The notes under the pieces were generated by a model that was given only the letters and a program-made list of their open reading frames with translations, did not search any database and was not told the origin of the DNA. Positions 47,786 to 57,481 of a DNA stretch of 63,474 bases are shown in pieces. The translations under genes were made by a program, and so were the position numbers. How positions within the stretch are numbered: position 1 is the stretch's first letter; each line of letters starts with the position of its first letter. Source of the DNA: Nanobdellota archaeon (GTDB lineage Archaea; Nanobdellota; Nanobdellia; Pacearchaeales; GW2011-AR1); NCBI GenBank assembly GCA_038046005.1, contig JBBSXB010000006.1, positions 1 through 63,474 on the forward strand. Direction: 5' to 3'.

Positions 47786-48412
47786 TTATAAAAGCTTGTT
47801 AAGAAACTCAACAATTTGTGTCCTAAAAATAAAAATGGAAGCAAGAATTCCTAGAAGCAAAGCCAAGACAGTTATGAGAATCACAGTCACAGGATCTGTT
47901 TTATTTTTTTTAGAATAGTTTGAAACAACTTGCTTTGATGTTGGAGTAGATGGTGCTAAATACTGATATCTCCTCTGAATTTCTTCTGATGTTGGCGGAC
48001 TTTGAGTGTCTCTCTCTTGTCCATTTTGTGGTGATGGAGAAATTTGTTGTTGAATTAATTGTTTAGGGGGTTGTAATTGAGTTTGTGAAGATGGTATTGT
48101 GTTAATAGGTCTGGAATACAATGGCGTTTGAAAAAGCGAAGGCTGTACAATTTTTTGTTGGTTTGTGATAACAGCAGATTGTTGGAGGGGTGTTATTGTT
48201 TTTTGTTGTGTTAAAGGTTGATTTATTTTTTGTGAAAATTGCAATAGCTGTGGTTGTTGAGACTGGGCAGTTTCCGAAAATAATTCACTTACTGCCCGTT
48301 CAATGTCCTCTTTTTTATAACCAGCATTATAAAAAGATTGCATAATATCTTCTAGCTTTTGACCCTTGGAGAGAGCTATTTTTATTCCACCAATTATATC
48401 CTCCTTTCCCAT
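47786..48412 (-). CDS. Q/P-rich protein with C-terminal TM
   Basis: N-terminal helical motif (ALSKG..LE....S..NAGY); low-complexity linker; TM. Confidence 0.7.
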   Translation of the reverse strand: MGKEDIIGGIKIALSKGQKLEDIMQSFYNAGYKKEDIERAVSELFSETAQSQQPQLLQFSQKINQPLTQQKTITPLQQSAVITNQQKIVQPSLFQTPLYSRPINTIPSSQTQLQPPKQLIQQQISPSPQNGQERDTQSPPTSEEIQRRYQYLAPSTPTSKQVVSNYSKKNKTDPVTVILITVLALLLGILASIFIFRTQIVEFLNKLL

Positions 48413-48473
48413 GAGAAGTTAAAGATAGTTATATTTAAAAAATGTGGGTTTGTAAAAGTTGTAGTGATTTTAT

Positions 48474-48677
48474 ATGAAAAGAATTGAATTATTAGTTAAT
48501 GAATCTAAGAATAAAAGACAAGCTTTGAGAAGAGAAGAAGGAAGAGGAATGAGAAAAGTTGCTAATGGGATTAATGAAATAATTGAATGTAGAAGTAATG
48601 GCCATCCAAATGCACAAAGAATTGGGAATGATATGTATTGTTCTGTTTGTAACACAAGTTATCTCATAAAATATTAA
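48474..48677 (+). CDS. Small hypothetical protein, possible Zn finger
   Basis: C....H..........C..C. Confidence 0.5.
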   Translation: MKRIELLVNESKNKRQALRREEGRGMRKVANGINEIIECRSNGHPNAQRIGNDMYCSVCNTSYLIKY

Positions 48678-48680
48678 TAA

Positions 48681-50024
48681 TTAAAGTTTGAGCCTGCCGC
48701 CATCCTGAACCAAATGGCAGTTTTTTCCTTGTTTGTATCCAAGCTCTCTTGTTAATTCCAACATTGGTGTTAGCTGCTGTGTTGATCCATGCGAAGGAAT
48801 TACATGTTCAGGGTTTAATATTGAAATTAAATCTCTAATGTCTTCTCTACCTCCGTGGCCAGAAACGTGAACATTATCAAAAATTCTTGCACCAAGTTTC
48901 TTAAATCTTTTATCCATTCTTTCTTTGTTAGCTATGTTTATTGGAGCAGGAATTGTTTTGGATGAAAAAATTATATTGTCGTTAGTTTTGAAATTGAATG
49001 GTAAGTCCCCTCTAGAAAGTCTTTCCATTACACTTCCCGGTTCCCCTTGATGTCCAGTACAAACAACTAAAGTGCCTGTTCTGTCTTTTTCAACTTTTTT
49101 CAAAATTGACGCAACTTGTTTTTTGTAGGAACCAATGTATATATCATTCTTGAAAGGACAAATTCCTACTTCGATTGAAGAAGCAACATATTTTTTCATG
49201 CTTCTTCCAAGGAAAAAAATTCTTCTGTTTAATTTTTTTCCATATTCTACTATACTTTTTAATCTTGCAATATGTGAAGAAAAAGTCGATATAAAAACTG
49301 CAAACTTTCTGTTCTCAATTGTTAGCATTACTTCTTCAAGTAAAGCTCTTGCAACTTTCTCACTTGGGGTTTTTGACTCACTTCCAGAATAAAGAGAGTC
49401 AACAATCAACGCTTTAACTCCTTGCTTTGCAATTCTTCTTAATGCTTCATAATTTGGGGGCAAACCAAGAACAGGAGTATTGTCCAATTTGAAATCATTG
49501 GCATAAACAATTACTCCTTCAGGAGTATGCAATGCAATCATTGCTGTTTGGGGAGTTGAGTGAGTCATGTTTATGAATTCTGCCTCGTAATTTCTGTTCT
49601 TGCCTCTGACAATGAACTTTGAATTTGGCTGAACAACATCAAATTTATTAGGTACTTTAATTCCTTCATCTTCAATTATTTGTTTAAGCACAGAAATTGT
49701 AAATGGAGTTCCAACAATTGGTGCATTGTATCTATAAGCAAGGTAAGGTAAGGCTCCGATGTGATCAAGGTGAGCATGACTAGGCATTATTGCCCTGACA
49801 GTATTCCTAATTCCGAATTTGTCCAGAAGCAAATCATCTGGAATTGCTCCAATGCTTCTTAATCTTTTTTCATTATAAACTGCTTTATTCTCTTCTTGTT
49901 CCTGAAGTTCAACAATTGCCGGAAGGTATAAACCACCATCAAAAATAACTGAATCTTCCCCTATTTTTATAGCAGTCATATTTTTTCCGACTTCGTTATA
50001 ACCACCAACTGTAAATATTTCCAT
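48681..50024 (-). CDS. rnj: Ribonuclease J (beta-CASP)
   Basis: GGYNEVGKNMT, SHAHLDHIG, THS, DFK, TGHQGEP, HVSGH, PSHG. Confidence 0.95.
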   Translation of the reverse strand: MEIFTVGGYNEVGKNMTAIKIGEDSVIFDGGLYLPAIVELQEQEENKAVYNEKRLRSIGAIPDDLLLDKFGIRNTVRAIMPSHAHLDHIGALPYLAYRYNAPIVGTPFTISVLKQIIEDEGIKVPNKFDVVQPNSKFIVRGKNRNYEAEFINMTHSTPQTAMIALHTPEGVIVYANDFKLDNTPVLGLPPNYEALRRIAKQGVKALIVDSLYSGSESKTPSEKVARALLEEVMLTIENRKFAVFISTFSSHIARLKSIVEYGKKLNRRIFFLGRSMKKYVASSIEVGICPFKNDIYIGSYKKQVASILKKVEKDRTGTLVVCTGHQGEPGSVMERLSRGDLPFNFKTNDNIIFSSKTIPAPINIANKERMDKRFKKLGARIFDNVHVSGHGGREDIRDLISILNPEHVIPSHGSTQQLTPMLELTRELGYKQGKNCHLVQDGGRLKL

Positions 50025-50121
50025 TTTTCTTTTCTCTTTTAACTAAATGGAAGATTGAGTTTAAAAATTCTTGCGAATGCATTTTAACAAGTTTTTTATA
50101 ATGCTTTTTCTTGTTTAATAT

Positions 50122-50397
50122 ATGAAAAGTCTAAAACCTTCCATGAGAGAAAACAAAAGATATCTTCTTGTTAAAGGAAAGAATTTAAGAGAAAATTTGG
50201 AGAAAGCTGTAAAGGATTTTATTGGGGTTCTTGGCATGTCAAAGGCTTCTTTGTCAACTATAAAATTTGGAGAGGATTGGGCAGTTGTGTCTATAAATAG
50301 AGAAAGTGTCAATCATGTCAGGGCTGCAATTGCGGTGTGGCCAGAAAAAATGGAAGTAAAAAAAGTCTCGGGGACTTTGAAGGGGTTAAGAGGTTAA
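50122..50397 (+). CDS. pop5: RNase P protein Pop5/Rpp14
   Basis: LKPSMRE.KRYL, G..G...A, VSGTLK. Confidence 0.88.
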   Translation: MKSLKPSMRENKRYLLVKGKNLRENLEKAVKDFIGVLGMSKASLSTIKFGEDWAVVSINRESVNHVRAAIAVWPEKMEVKKVSGTLKGLRG

Positions 50398-50398
50398 A

Positions 50399-50605
50399 AT
50401 GAAAAGATTGGATGATGGGGGTTTAGATAATGAAAGTGAAAATAAACAACCAATTCATGATTATGCAACAGAGGGAATAGCTATTAATTGGAGTATGATA
50501 AAAGCATATTATGAAAGGCTAGAAATAAAAAAAAGATATATATTACTAAAAAAAGATAGATTTACGCAAAATGAAACATCTAGACAACCAAACGCCTGCA
50601 GATAG
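50399..50605 (+). CDS. Small hypothetical protein
   Basis: Directly after pop5; resembles next ORF. Confidence 0.5.
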   Translation: MKRLDDGGLDNESENKQPIHDYATEGIAINWSMIKAYYERLEIKKRYILLKKDRFTQNETSRQPNACR

Positions 50606-50759
50606 TAATAAAGAAAAAAGTAGTGAAAATGATAATAGTAATACATTTGTCATGTTAGATGATTATTTTGTTGAAGGAGATTGTATGGACATAAGAGATT
50701 CGGAACAGGCTTATCAAAGATATAAAGCAAAAGAAAAAAATAAAAAGAATTTGTATTAA
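50571..50759 (+). CDS. Small hypothetical protein
   Basis: Shares MKxLD start and DYxxEG...YxR with the preceding ORF. Confidence 0.5.
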   Translation: MKHLDNQTPADSNKEKSSENDNSNTFVMLDDYFVEGDCMDIRDSEQAYQRYKAKEKNKKNLY

Positions 50760-50762
50760 AAA

Positions 50763-51431
50763 ATGGGAATATTTGATTTATTCAAAAAAAGAGAAGAAAA
50801 AGAAATTGATTTTAGTTTAGTCAAAAAGGTTTCTGGAAATTTTGATGATTTTAAAAAAAGGCTCAAAAACTCCAGCCTCATAATTTTGATAACTGGAAAA
50901 AGAGGAAGTGGAAAAACAGCTTTGGGTTTTAAGTTTCTTGATGTTTTGGCCGGAAAAAGAAATGCATATTATCTTGGTGAAGGAAAATTTCCAAGTTTTA
51001 TAAAAAAAGCTACTGATATAAAAGATGTGAAAAATGACTCTATTCTTTTAGTTGATGAGGCTGCAATTGCCTATTCTTCAAGGGATTCAATGAAAGGGTC
51101 TAATAAAATTCTTAGCGAGATAATGACAATTGCAAGGCACAAAAATCTTTCTTTGATAATCATAACTCAAAACTCTGCGATGATTGACTTGAATATCATG
51201 AGACTTGCAGACACAATTATTTTTAAGGAACCGTCTTTACTGCAAAGTAGGTTTGAGAGAAAATCCATATCTGACCTTTTTAAAAAAGCTGACACTGAGT
51301 TTAAAAAAATTCCTCAAAAAGATAGGATGAAAAAATTTTATGTTATTGATGATGAGTTTGAGGGCATGTTGGGTTCAACTCTGCCTGATTTCTGGAATGA
51401 GAAGATAAGCAAGAGTTTTAGCAAGTTTTAA
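50763..51431 (+). CDS. P-loop ATPase, Zot/FtsK-HerA-like
   Basis: ITGKRGSGKT, LLVDEA, ARH...SLIIITQ. Confidence 0.8.
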   Translation: MGIFDLFKKREEKEIDFSLVKKVSGNFDDFKKRLKNSSLIILITGKRGSGKTALGFKFLDVLAGKRNAYYLGEGKFPSFIKKATDIKDVKNDSILLVDEAAIAYSSRDSMKGSNKILSEIMTIARHKNLSLIIITQNSAMIDLNIMRLADTIIFKEPSLLQSRFERKSISDLFKKADTEFKKIPQKDRMKKFYVIDDEFEGMLGSTLPDFWNEKISKSFSKF

Positions 51432-51433
51432 TA

Positions 51434-51471
51434 GTAACTTATTAGTAGTTACATATCGAAAGATTTAAATA
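51434..51471 (+). promoter_or_regulatory. BRE/TATA promoter with upstream GTAAC-N9-GTTAC element
   Basis: GTAACTTATTAGTAGTTAC-ATATCGAAAGA-TTTAAATA. Confidence 0.6.
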
Positions 51472-51492
51472 CTATTATTTTATTGGACATTT

Positions 51493-51759
51493 ATGGAAAA
51501 TTATAAAGTAAATAGAAAAGCATATGCATTGACAGGAGCAGCAGTCGGAGCAATTGCCCCAATTGTCGCTACTCGTTACATGATGATGCCTAAATCAGAT
51601 AATATTGCACAGGAAATTGCTATTTGGACAATTTCAACTATTGCATCAATTATACCTTCAGCTATTGGAGCAGTAGCAGGATTAGGTGCAGGAATAGAAA
51701 TTGGTGTAGCTAGAGAATCAAGTAGACGAGAAAAATTAGAAAAAAAAGTTTCTAATTAA
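51493..51759 (+). CDS. Small Gly/Ala-rich membrane ORFan
   Basis: Glycine-zipper-like hydrophobic helices. Confidence 0.65.
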   Translation: MENYKVNRKAYALTGAAVGAIAPIVATRYMMMPKSDNIAQEIAIWTISTIASIIPSAIGAVAGLGAGIEIGVARESSRREKLEKKVSN

Positions 51760-51790
51760 CTAAATCCCCCTCTAAGATTTTTACAACAAA

Positions 51791-52387
51791 ATGGCATTAA
51801 TAAAATTTGACTTGGGAAATGAAAGAGGGCTAGAAAGAACTCTCTATAAAAGCGATCAAATTATAGAAGAAGATAATAAAAGGTTAAAGACTCCGCCAGA
51901 ATACTTGGATGCAGAATTTTCTGACAAGTCGTTTTATCTAACACTCCCACATATTAGTGCTGCGCAAGAATTTATAAGAAGGTATATTGAAAACTTTAAT
52001 CTCCCAAAAAGAGAAGCTGTGCTATATGCACACGGAACTTATACTTCAGGAGGATTATTTAATTTTTCTAAGAAATCTAAATCTTGGGTATATGCCTCAG
52101 AAGCAAATGAATCCAGAGAAAACAGATTTGGAAATGTACAAGATTGGGTTGATGAAAAAGATGGATCTGAAGGAGTTTTATACTTGGGCGTTTGTAATCC
52201 AGGACATTTAGATGTAACGTCAAGGAGTTCATTAATTATTTACCCAGATAGCATATTATCGAGCCATAGAATGGTTACTGGCAAGTGCAAAACAAAAATT
52301 TACGCGCCAGAAATGGGATTATTTGGAATAAATGATATTGAAGAAAAACTACAAATTCTAGAAGGCAAGAGAACTGCCGCAGCCTAA
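51791..52387 (+). CDS. Hypothetical protein, possible clan CD (caspase-like) His-Cys peptidase
   Basis: AVLYAHG and VLYLGVCNPG motifs. Confidence 0.5.
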   Translation: MALIKFDLGNERGLERTLYKSDQIIEEDNKRLKTPPEYLDAEFSDKSFYLTLPHISAAQEFIRRYIENFNLPKREAVLYAHGTYTSGGLFNFSKKSKSWVYASEANESRENRFGNVQDWVDEKDGSEGVLYLGVCNPGHLDVTSRSSLIIYPDSILSSHRMVTGKCKTKIYAPEMGLFGINDIEEKLQILEGKRTAAA

Positions 52388-52479
52388 AAACCAACTTCGT
52401 AAGATTTTTAAACCCATAATCTTTCTATTCTTAACAGAGAAGACAAGGATTTAAGATTATTATATTCTCTAAAATTAAG

Positions 52480-53205
52480 ATGGATATGCCTATAGACGCA
52501 CAAAACCAGGCCATGGGCTATGACAGAACAGCTACGATGTTCTCACCTGATGGTAAGATACCTCAGCTGGAATATGCTCAAAAAACTGTCGGGCTCGGAA
52601 GCACAAGCGTTGGAATGACTTGCTCAGACGGAGTTTTCATTATAGCTGACAAAAGGATAGAAGATTCTTTGATAATTGCGAAATTCGCAACTAAAATACA
52701 TGAAATTGATTCTCATATGATTGCAAGCGCTGCAGGAATTGTCTCTGACGCAAGAGTTTTGATTGAAAGAGCGCAATTGGTTGCACAACAAAATAGAGTG
52801 ACTTATGATTCTCCTGTAGAGCCAGAATTAGTCGTGAAAGACCTTGCAAATCTTAAGCAACAGTTTACACAATATGGCGGAGCAAGACCATTTGGAGTTT
52901 CAATAATGATTGCTGGGATCAGGGACAAAAAACCAGAGCTATTTACAAGCGAGGTCACGGGGAACTACTACCATTATTATGCAAATTCTATAGGCGAAGA
53001 TGAAGGTAGAATCAAAGAAAAATTAAGGGAAAAATACAAGCAAGATTTGACAATAAAGAAAGGTGTAAAATTAGTTGTAGATATGTTCAAAGAAATGAGA
53101 GGAAAGAAATTTGAAATAAGTAAATTTGAATTAGCTTACATTAACAAAGACAAAGGGAAAATCGAAAGAGTTGAAGCTGAAGCTATTAATGAATTTGTAA
53201 AATGA
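52480..53205 (+). CDS. psmA: Proteasome alpha subunit
   Basis: GYDRTATMFSPDG...QLEYA, TQYGGARPFGVS. Confidence 0.97.
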   Translation: MDMPIDAQNQAMGYDRTATMFSPDGKIPQLEYAQKTVGLGSTSVGMTCSDGVFIIADKRIEDSLIIAKFATKIHEIDSHMIASAAGIVSDARVLIERAQLVAQQNRVTYDSPVEPELVVKDLANLKQQFTQYGGARPFGVSIMIAGIRDKKPELFTSEVTGNYYHYYANSIGEDEGRIKEKLREKYKQDLTIKKGVKLVVDMFKEMRGKKFEISKFELAYINKDKGKIERVEAEAINEFVK

Positions 53206-53873
53206 CTAATACTATAGCGAGAATTAAGAGATCTGGGAAAAATTTTGAAATCATGGTTAATCTTGATGATGCTCTTAAGTTCAAAAAGGGACAAAGTGCT
53301 TATGTTGAACCACAGGGAGACGGAATATTTTATGACGCAAAAAATGGGAAATCTGCTTCAAGCTCAGACTTACAAAACGCATTTGGAACTGCAGATGCAA
53401 ACGAAATCGCAAAAAAAATTGTTAAAGATGGAGAGGTTTTAGTCACTCAAGAATACAGAGAGGCTGAACAAGACAAAAAATTCAAGCAAGTTGTTGATTT
53501 CTTGGCAACAAATTCAATGGATCCAAAAACTGGAAGACCTCATACTCCAGATAGAATAAAATCTGCATTAGAACAGGCCCATGTCAATATAAAAAATGTT
53601 CCAATAGAAGCTCAAATGGCAGATATAATGGAAAAGATAAGCCAGGTAATCCCAATAAAAATTTCTATGAGGAGAATAAGGATTAATATTCCAGCTATAC
53701 ACACTGGAAAAGCCTACGGAGTTATAACACCATACAAAGAAGATGAAAAATGGAAAGATGACGGAAGCTTGGAAGTCATCGTTAAAGTCCCTGCAGGAAT
53801 AGTTATTGATTTTTATGATAAATTAAATTCTGTAACACATGGTTCCGCATTGACTGAGGAGATAAAAGAATGA
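53202..53873 (+). CDS. Ribosome maturation factor SBDS/Sdo1
   Basis: ARIKR.GKNFEI.V, L..AFGT, DPKT.RPHTP.RI..AL; follows psmA. Confidence 0.95.
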   Translation: MTNTIARIKRSGKNFEIMVNLDDALKFKKGQSAYVEPQGDGIFYDAKNGKSASSSDLQNAFGTADANEIAKKIVKDGEVLVTQEYREAEQDKKFKQVVDFLATNSMDPKTGRPHTPDRIKSALEQAHVNIKNVPIEAQMADIMEKISQVIPIKISMRRIRINIPAIHTGKAYGVITPYKEDEKWKDDGSLEVIVKVPAGIVIDFYDKLNSVTHGSALTEEIKE

Positions 53874-54175
53874 GTGAAGGCATTGGGACAGGATATGTAA
53901 AATCTTATAGAATAGATGGAGAAATAACAACAATAGAGTTAAGAGGAATTTTAGATGGAAATAGTATGTTTAGGAATGTTTACTCTGATGATGAAGTGAG
54001 TATATATAATCATAACAATAGAGGGGTTGGTGTAGCTATTAGCTTAACCTCCAACATAGTCAGCCGCATAGTCCTTGATGGGACTACTTTACCTGAATTA
54101 GAAGGAGCTAGGCTCGATTTAAAAGGACTGATAAGAGAAATTTCAACAAGCGCGAGATTGGAGGAAACAAAATGA
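53870..54175 (+). CDS. Hypothetical protein inserted between SBDS and rrp4
   Basis: ATGA overlaps at both ends. Confidence 0.7.
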   Translation: MSEGIGTGYVKSYRIDGEITTIELRGILDGNSMFRNVYSDDEVSIYNHNNRGVGVAISLTSNIVSRIVLDGTTLPELEGARLDLKGLIREISTSARLEETK

Positions 54176-54840
54176 CTGACAGAAAAGTTGTAATACCTGG
54201 AGAAACAATCGCAAAAGGACATGATTTTCTTCCTGGAGAATGCACTGAAAAGCGAGGGGACGAAATAGTTGCAATAAGATACGGACTAGCTGAAGAAGCA
54301 AACAAACTCGTAAAAGTAATTCCACTTTCAGGAACTTATGTCCCTAGAAGAGGAAATGTTGTTATAGGCAAAGTTGAGAATATTACGTTCAATGGATGGG
54401 TTGTTGATATGGGAACAGCAGAAACATCTTTCATAAGCTTGATGGAAGTCCCTAGATTTGTCAACAAAGATGCGTTGGAAGAAGTAATGGATATTGGAGA
54501 CATGGTAGTTGCAAAAATTTTCGCCGTAAATAAAAGAGGAATAGATTTAACAATAAACATGAGAGGACTTGGAAGAATTGACGAAGGAATGATTGTAAAA
54601 ATAAATCCAAACAAAATACCCCGGATAATAGGAAGAGAAGGAAGCATGATAAAACTTATAAAAGATGAAACAGGATGTGAAATAACTGCCGGCCAGAATG
54701 GTTTAGTGTGGATTAAGGGAGATAAGGTTGAAAACGAATTATTCGCAAAAAAGGGAATAGAATTCATAACTGAAAAATCATTCGTGTCTGGATTGACAGA
54801 CGAAGTAAAAATATGGTTTGATAAACAAAAGAAAAAATGA
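54172..54840 (+). CDS. rrp4: Exosome cap protein Rrp4
   Basis: VVIPGE, VIPLSG.Y.P..G..VIG (S1), IPRIIGREGSM (KH), GQNG.VWI. Confidence 0.95.
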   Translation: MTDRKVVIPGETIAKGHDFLPGECTEKRGDEIVAIRYGLAEEANKLVKVIPLSGTYVPRRGNVVIGKVENITFNGWVVDMGTAETSFISLMEVPRFVNKDALEEVMDIGDMVVAKIFAVNKRGIDLTINMRGLGRIDEGMIVKINPNKIPRIIGREGSMIKLIKDETGCEITAGQNGLVWIKGDKVENELFAKKGIEFITEKSFVSGLTDEVKIWFDKQKKK

Positions 54841-55130
54841 TAAAACAAAGATATAATATTGCAAATAATAAAGTTCTTGATGAACTGTATATGGCATTGC
54901 GCGAAGAGTCAGATAGAGAAACAAGAGAATTTTGTTTGGTAAGAGAAAGTGTGATTGGTTATAATGAAGATAAAATATATCATGTTCTTAATGCAACAGT
55001 AACTTTAAATTTTAATAATGGAATGCCTCCGATTGAAATTGTTGCACTAAACAAACATGAAGTCGGAAATGCTCAATCAAAGTTAGAATCTATGACTACT
55101 CCTAAAATTAAATTTGAAAAAATACAATGA
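54837..55130 (+). CDS. Hypothetical protein inserted between rrp4 and rrp41
   Basis: ATGA overlaps at both ends. Confidence 0.7.
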   Translation: MIKQRYNIANNKVLDELYMALREESDRETREFCLVRESVIGYNEDKIYHVLNATVTLNFNNGMPPIEIVALNKHEVGNAQSKLESMTTPKIKFEKIQ

Positions 55131-55846
55131 CAACAAAAAAAACAAAAAGTGAAGTTGAAAGGCCTGATGGAAGAGAGTTTGACGAGACAAGGCCAATAAC
55201 TGCAAAAGTAGGAATAATACCAAATGCCGACGGAAGCGCGATGTTTTCATTCGGAGACACAATAGCAATAGCTGCTGTTTACGGACCAAGAAAAATGCAC
55301 CCGCAACATTCACAGAATCCTGCAAAAGGAACTTTAAGATGTAATTACAACATGCTAAGTTTTTCCGTGACAGAAAGGATAAAACCAGGACCAAGCAGAA
55401 GGAGTATGGAAATAAGCAAAATAACCGAATGGGCTTTAGAGCCAGTTCTTATGATAGAAAATTATTCAAACATGGTAATTGATGTTCATATTCACATAAT
55501 TCAGGCAAATGCTTCAACAAGATGTGCTGGAATAAATGCTGCAGCTTTGGCTTTAGCTCACGCCGGAATTCCAATGAGAGATTTAGTCTCAAGTGTTTCA
55601 ATAGGAAAACTCGACAAGAGTCTTGTCGTTGATGTTTCAAAAGCTGAAGAAGATTGGGAAGAAGGAGAAGGTGCAACGGACATTCCAATAACAATGACAT
55701 CTCATGGGGAGATGACCCATATTCAATTAGACGGAAAAATATCAAAAGAGCAGTTGAAAGAAGCTGTTGAATTGGCAAGGGAAGCAACAAAAAAAATTTA
55801 TGAAATTCAGAAAAAAGCTTTGAAAGAGACGGGGGAAGAAAAATAA
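55127..55846 (+). CDS. rrp41: Exosome core subunit Rrp41
   Basis: RPDGR...ETRP, ADGSA, AVYGPR, PSRRS.EIS, QLDG. Confidence 0.95.
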   Translation: MTTKKTKSEVERPDGREFDETRPITAKVGIIPNADGSAMFSFGDTIAIAAVYGPRKMHPQHSQNPAKGTLRCNYNMLSFSVTERIKPGPSRRSMEISKITEWALEPVLMIENYSNMVIDVHIHIIQANASTRCAGINAAALALAHAGIPMRDLVSSVSIGKLDKSLVVDVSKAEEDWEEGEGATDIPITMTSHGEMTHIQLDGKISKEQLKEAVELAREATKKIYEIQKKALKETGEEK

Positions 55847-56643
55847 TGGAAACATCAAGATTAACGGCAGAGAGAATAAAACAATATCTTGACGAAGGAA
55901 AAAGGTTTGACGGAAGAAAGCTTGACGAATTCAGAGACATTGAGGTTGAAATTGGAATTTCAAAAAATGCCGAGGGAAGTGTAAGAATAAAAATGGGAAA
56001 AACAGAAGTTTTAGTTGGGGTAAAAATGGATGTTACAACTCCTTATCCTGATTCACCTGATAAAGGAAATTTAATGGTCACATCAGAACTCTTGCCTTTA
56101 AGCTCTGAAAGATTTGAAATAGGGCCCCCTAAATTCCCAGCAATAGAGCTCGGAAGGGTCATTGACAGAATGGTAAGAGAAAGCAAAGTTATAGAGCTTG
56201 AAAAGTTGTGTATAAAAGAAAAAGAGAAAGTCTGGAATGTGTTGATTGACATTTATTCCATAAATGATGACGGAAACCTTGTTGATGCTGCAGGGATTGG
56301 AGCAATAATCGCCTTGAAAAATGCAAGAGTTCCAAAATATGATGAGGAAAATGAAAAAGTTTTGTTTGGGGAATGGAGCAATAAAAATATTCCATTAAAA
56401 AAAGAAATCCCTCTTTCAATTACAGTCCACAGAGTTGGGAAGAATCTTATTGTTGATCCAACAAGAGAAGAAGAAGACATATGTGAAACAAGGGTGACAA
56501 TAGGAAGCCATGAAGGAACTATTCATTCAATGCAGAAGGGGGATTTAGGAACCCTGAGCATCAAGGAATTTGGCGAGATTCTTGACTTGAATGATAAGGT
56601 TTGGAAATCAACTTTCAAACAGATTGAAAAATACCTGAAATAA
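55846..56643 (+). CDS. rrp42: Exosome core subunit Rrp42
   Basis: RFDGR..DEFR, AEGS...KMGKT, ELGRVIDR, DDGN..DA, VDPT.EEE, MQKG. Confidence 0.95.
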   Translation: METSRLTAERIKQYLDEGKRFDGRKLDEFRDIEVEIGISKNAEGSVRIKMGKTEVLVGVKMDVTTPYPDSPDKGNLMVTSELLPLSSERFEIGPPKFPAIELGRVIDRMVRESKVIELEKLCIKEKEKVWNVLIDIYSINDDGNLVDAAGIGAIIALKNARVPKYDEENEKVLFGEWSNKNIPLKKEIPLSITVHRVGKNLIVDPTREEEDICETRVTIGSHEGTIHSMQKGDLGTLSIKEFGEILDLNDKVWKSTFKQIEKYLK

Positions 56644-56677
56644 GAAGGTTTAAGAATGAAAATAAATTTCAAATAAA

Positions 56678-57058
56678 ATGATATATCAAAAACAAGAGTT
56701 CACTAGGTATGAAAGGGCAAGAATTATAGGAGCAAGGGCCTTGCAAATCGCGATGAATGCACCTTTGTTAGTTAAGATAAAACCAGAGGACTTGGAAAAA
56801 GTCAAGTATGACGCTTTGAAAATTGCGGAAATAGAACTTGACTCCGGAATTCTTCCTATTAGCATCAAGAGACCTTACCCTCAAAAAAGAGAAGAAACTT
56901 TGAAAAGGGCAAGAGGAATTAAAGTTAGCGACGAAAAAATGGAAGAAATGGAGACTAAAGAAGAGGAAGAAATAGTCAAGGAAGGGGAAATAATGGAGTT
57001 GGCTACGCCAGAAGACGAGCAGGAAGATGCTGGTGCAGATGAAGGGGAAGGGGTTTGA
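56678..57058 (+). CDS. rpoK: RNA polymerase subunit Rpo6 (K) with acidic C-terminal tail
   Basis: [30 protein letters not shown]. Confidence 0.95.
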   Translation: MIYQKQEFTRYERARIIGARALQIAMNAPLLVKIKPEDLEKVKYDALKIAEIELDSGILPISIKRPYPQKREETLKRARGIKVSDEKMEEMETKEEEEIVKEGEIMELATPEDEQEDAGADEGEGV

Positions 57059-57102
57059 TTCAGCACATATAATTTTAAATATAATATATTTCTAAAAGTG
57101 AT

Positions 57103-57354
57103 ATGGAATTAAGTGATAGATTAGAGAGTGGTTTTTCACATTTAATGGTAGGAATCCCATTGTATCTTATTTCTTCAGTGGCTAAACATTTTAGCTCAAA
57201 TGATTATCATAAATATATTCAAGGAGCTTCTAAAGGACTAATTAGAGCGGGAATTGGAGTGATAAGAGATAATCGAGAAATAATAAAACAAGGAAAGATG
57301 GCTATGAATTTAGCAGATTCAAATTATCCTGAGATTGCTCAAAGGTATAAATAG
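57103..57354 (+). CDS. Hypothetical protein (ORFan) between rpoK and eno
   Basis: Open frame with own TATA. Confidence 0.6.
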   Translation: MELSDRLESGFSHLMVGIPLYLISSVAKHFSSNDYHKYIQGASKGLIRAGIGVIRDNREIIKQGKMAMNLADSNYPEIAQRYK

Positions 57355-57481
57355 CTAATTTCTCATTTCCCAACATAATTTTTCTTTAACAAAAAACATT
57401 ATAAAGTTTGAATATTTTTCAATTCAGACTGAAATCAAAGATTTCGTCAAAGCCGTTTATGGCAGGAGATTAAAACGTCTA

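Noticed and set aside
50399-52387. Provirus around the Zot-like ATPase
   Set aside because: No integrase, replication or capsid genes recognised and no convincing att sites
51773-52410. TAAGATTTTTA repeated on both sides of ORF 51791
   Set aside because: Only 11 bp, AT-rich and promoter-like; could easily be chance
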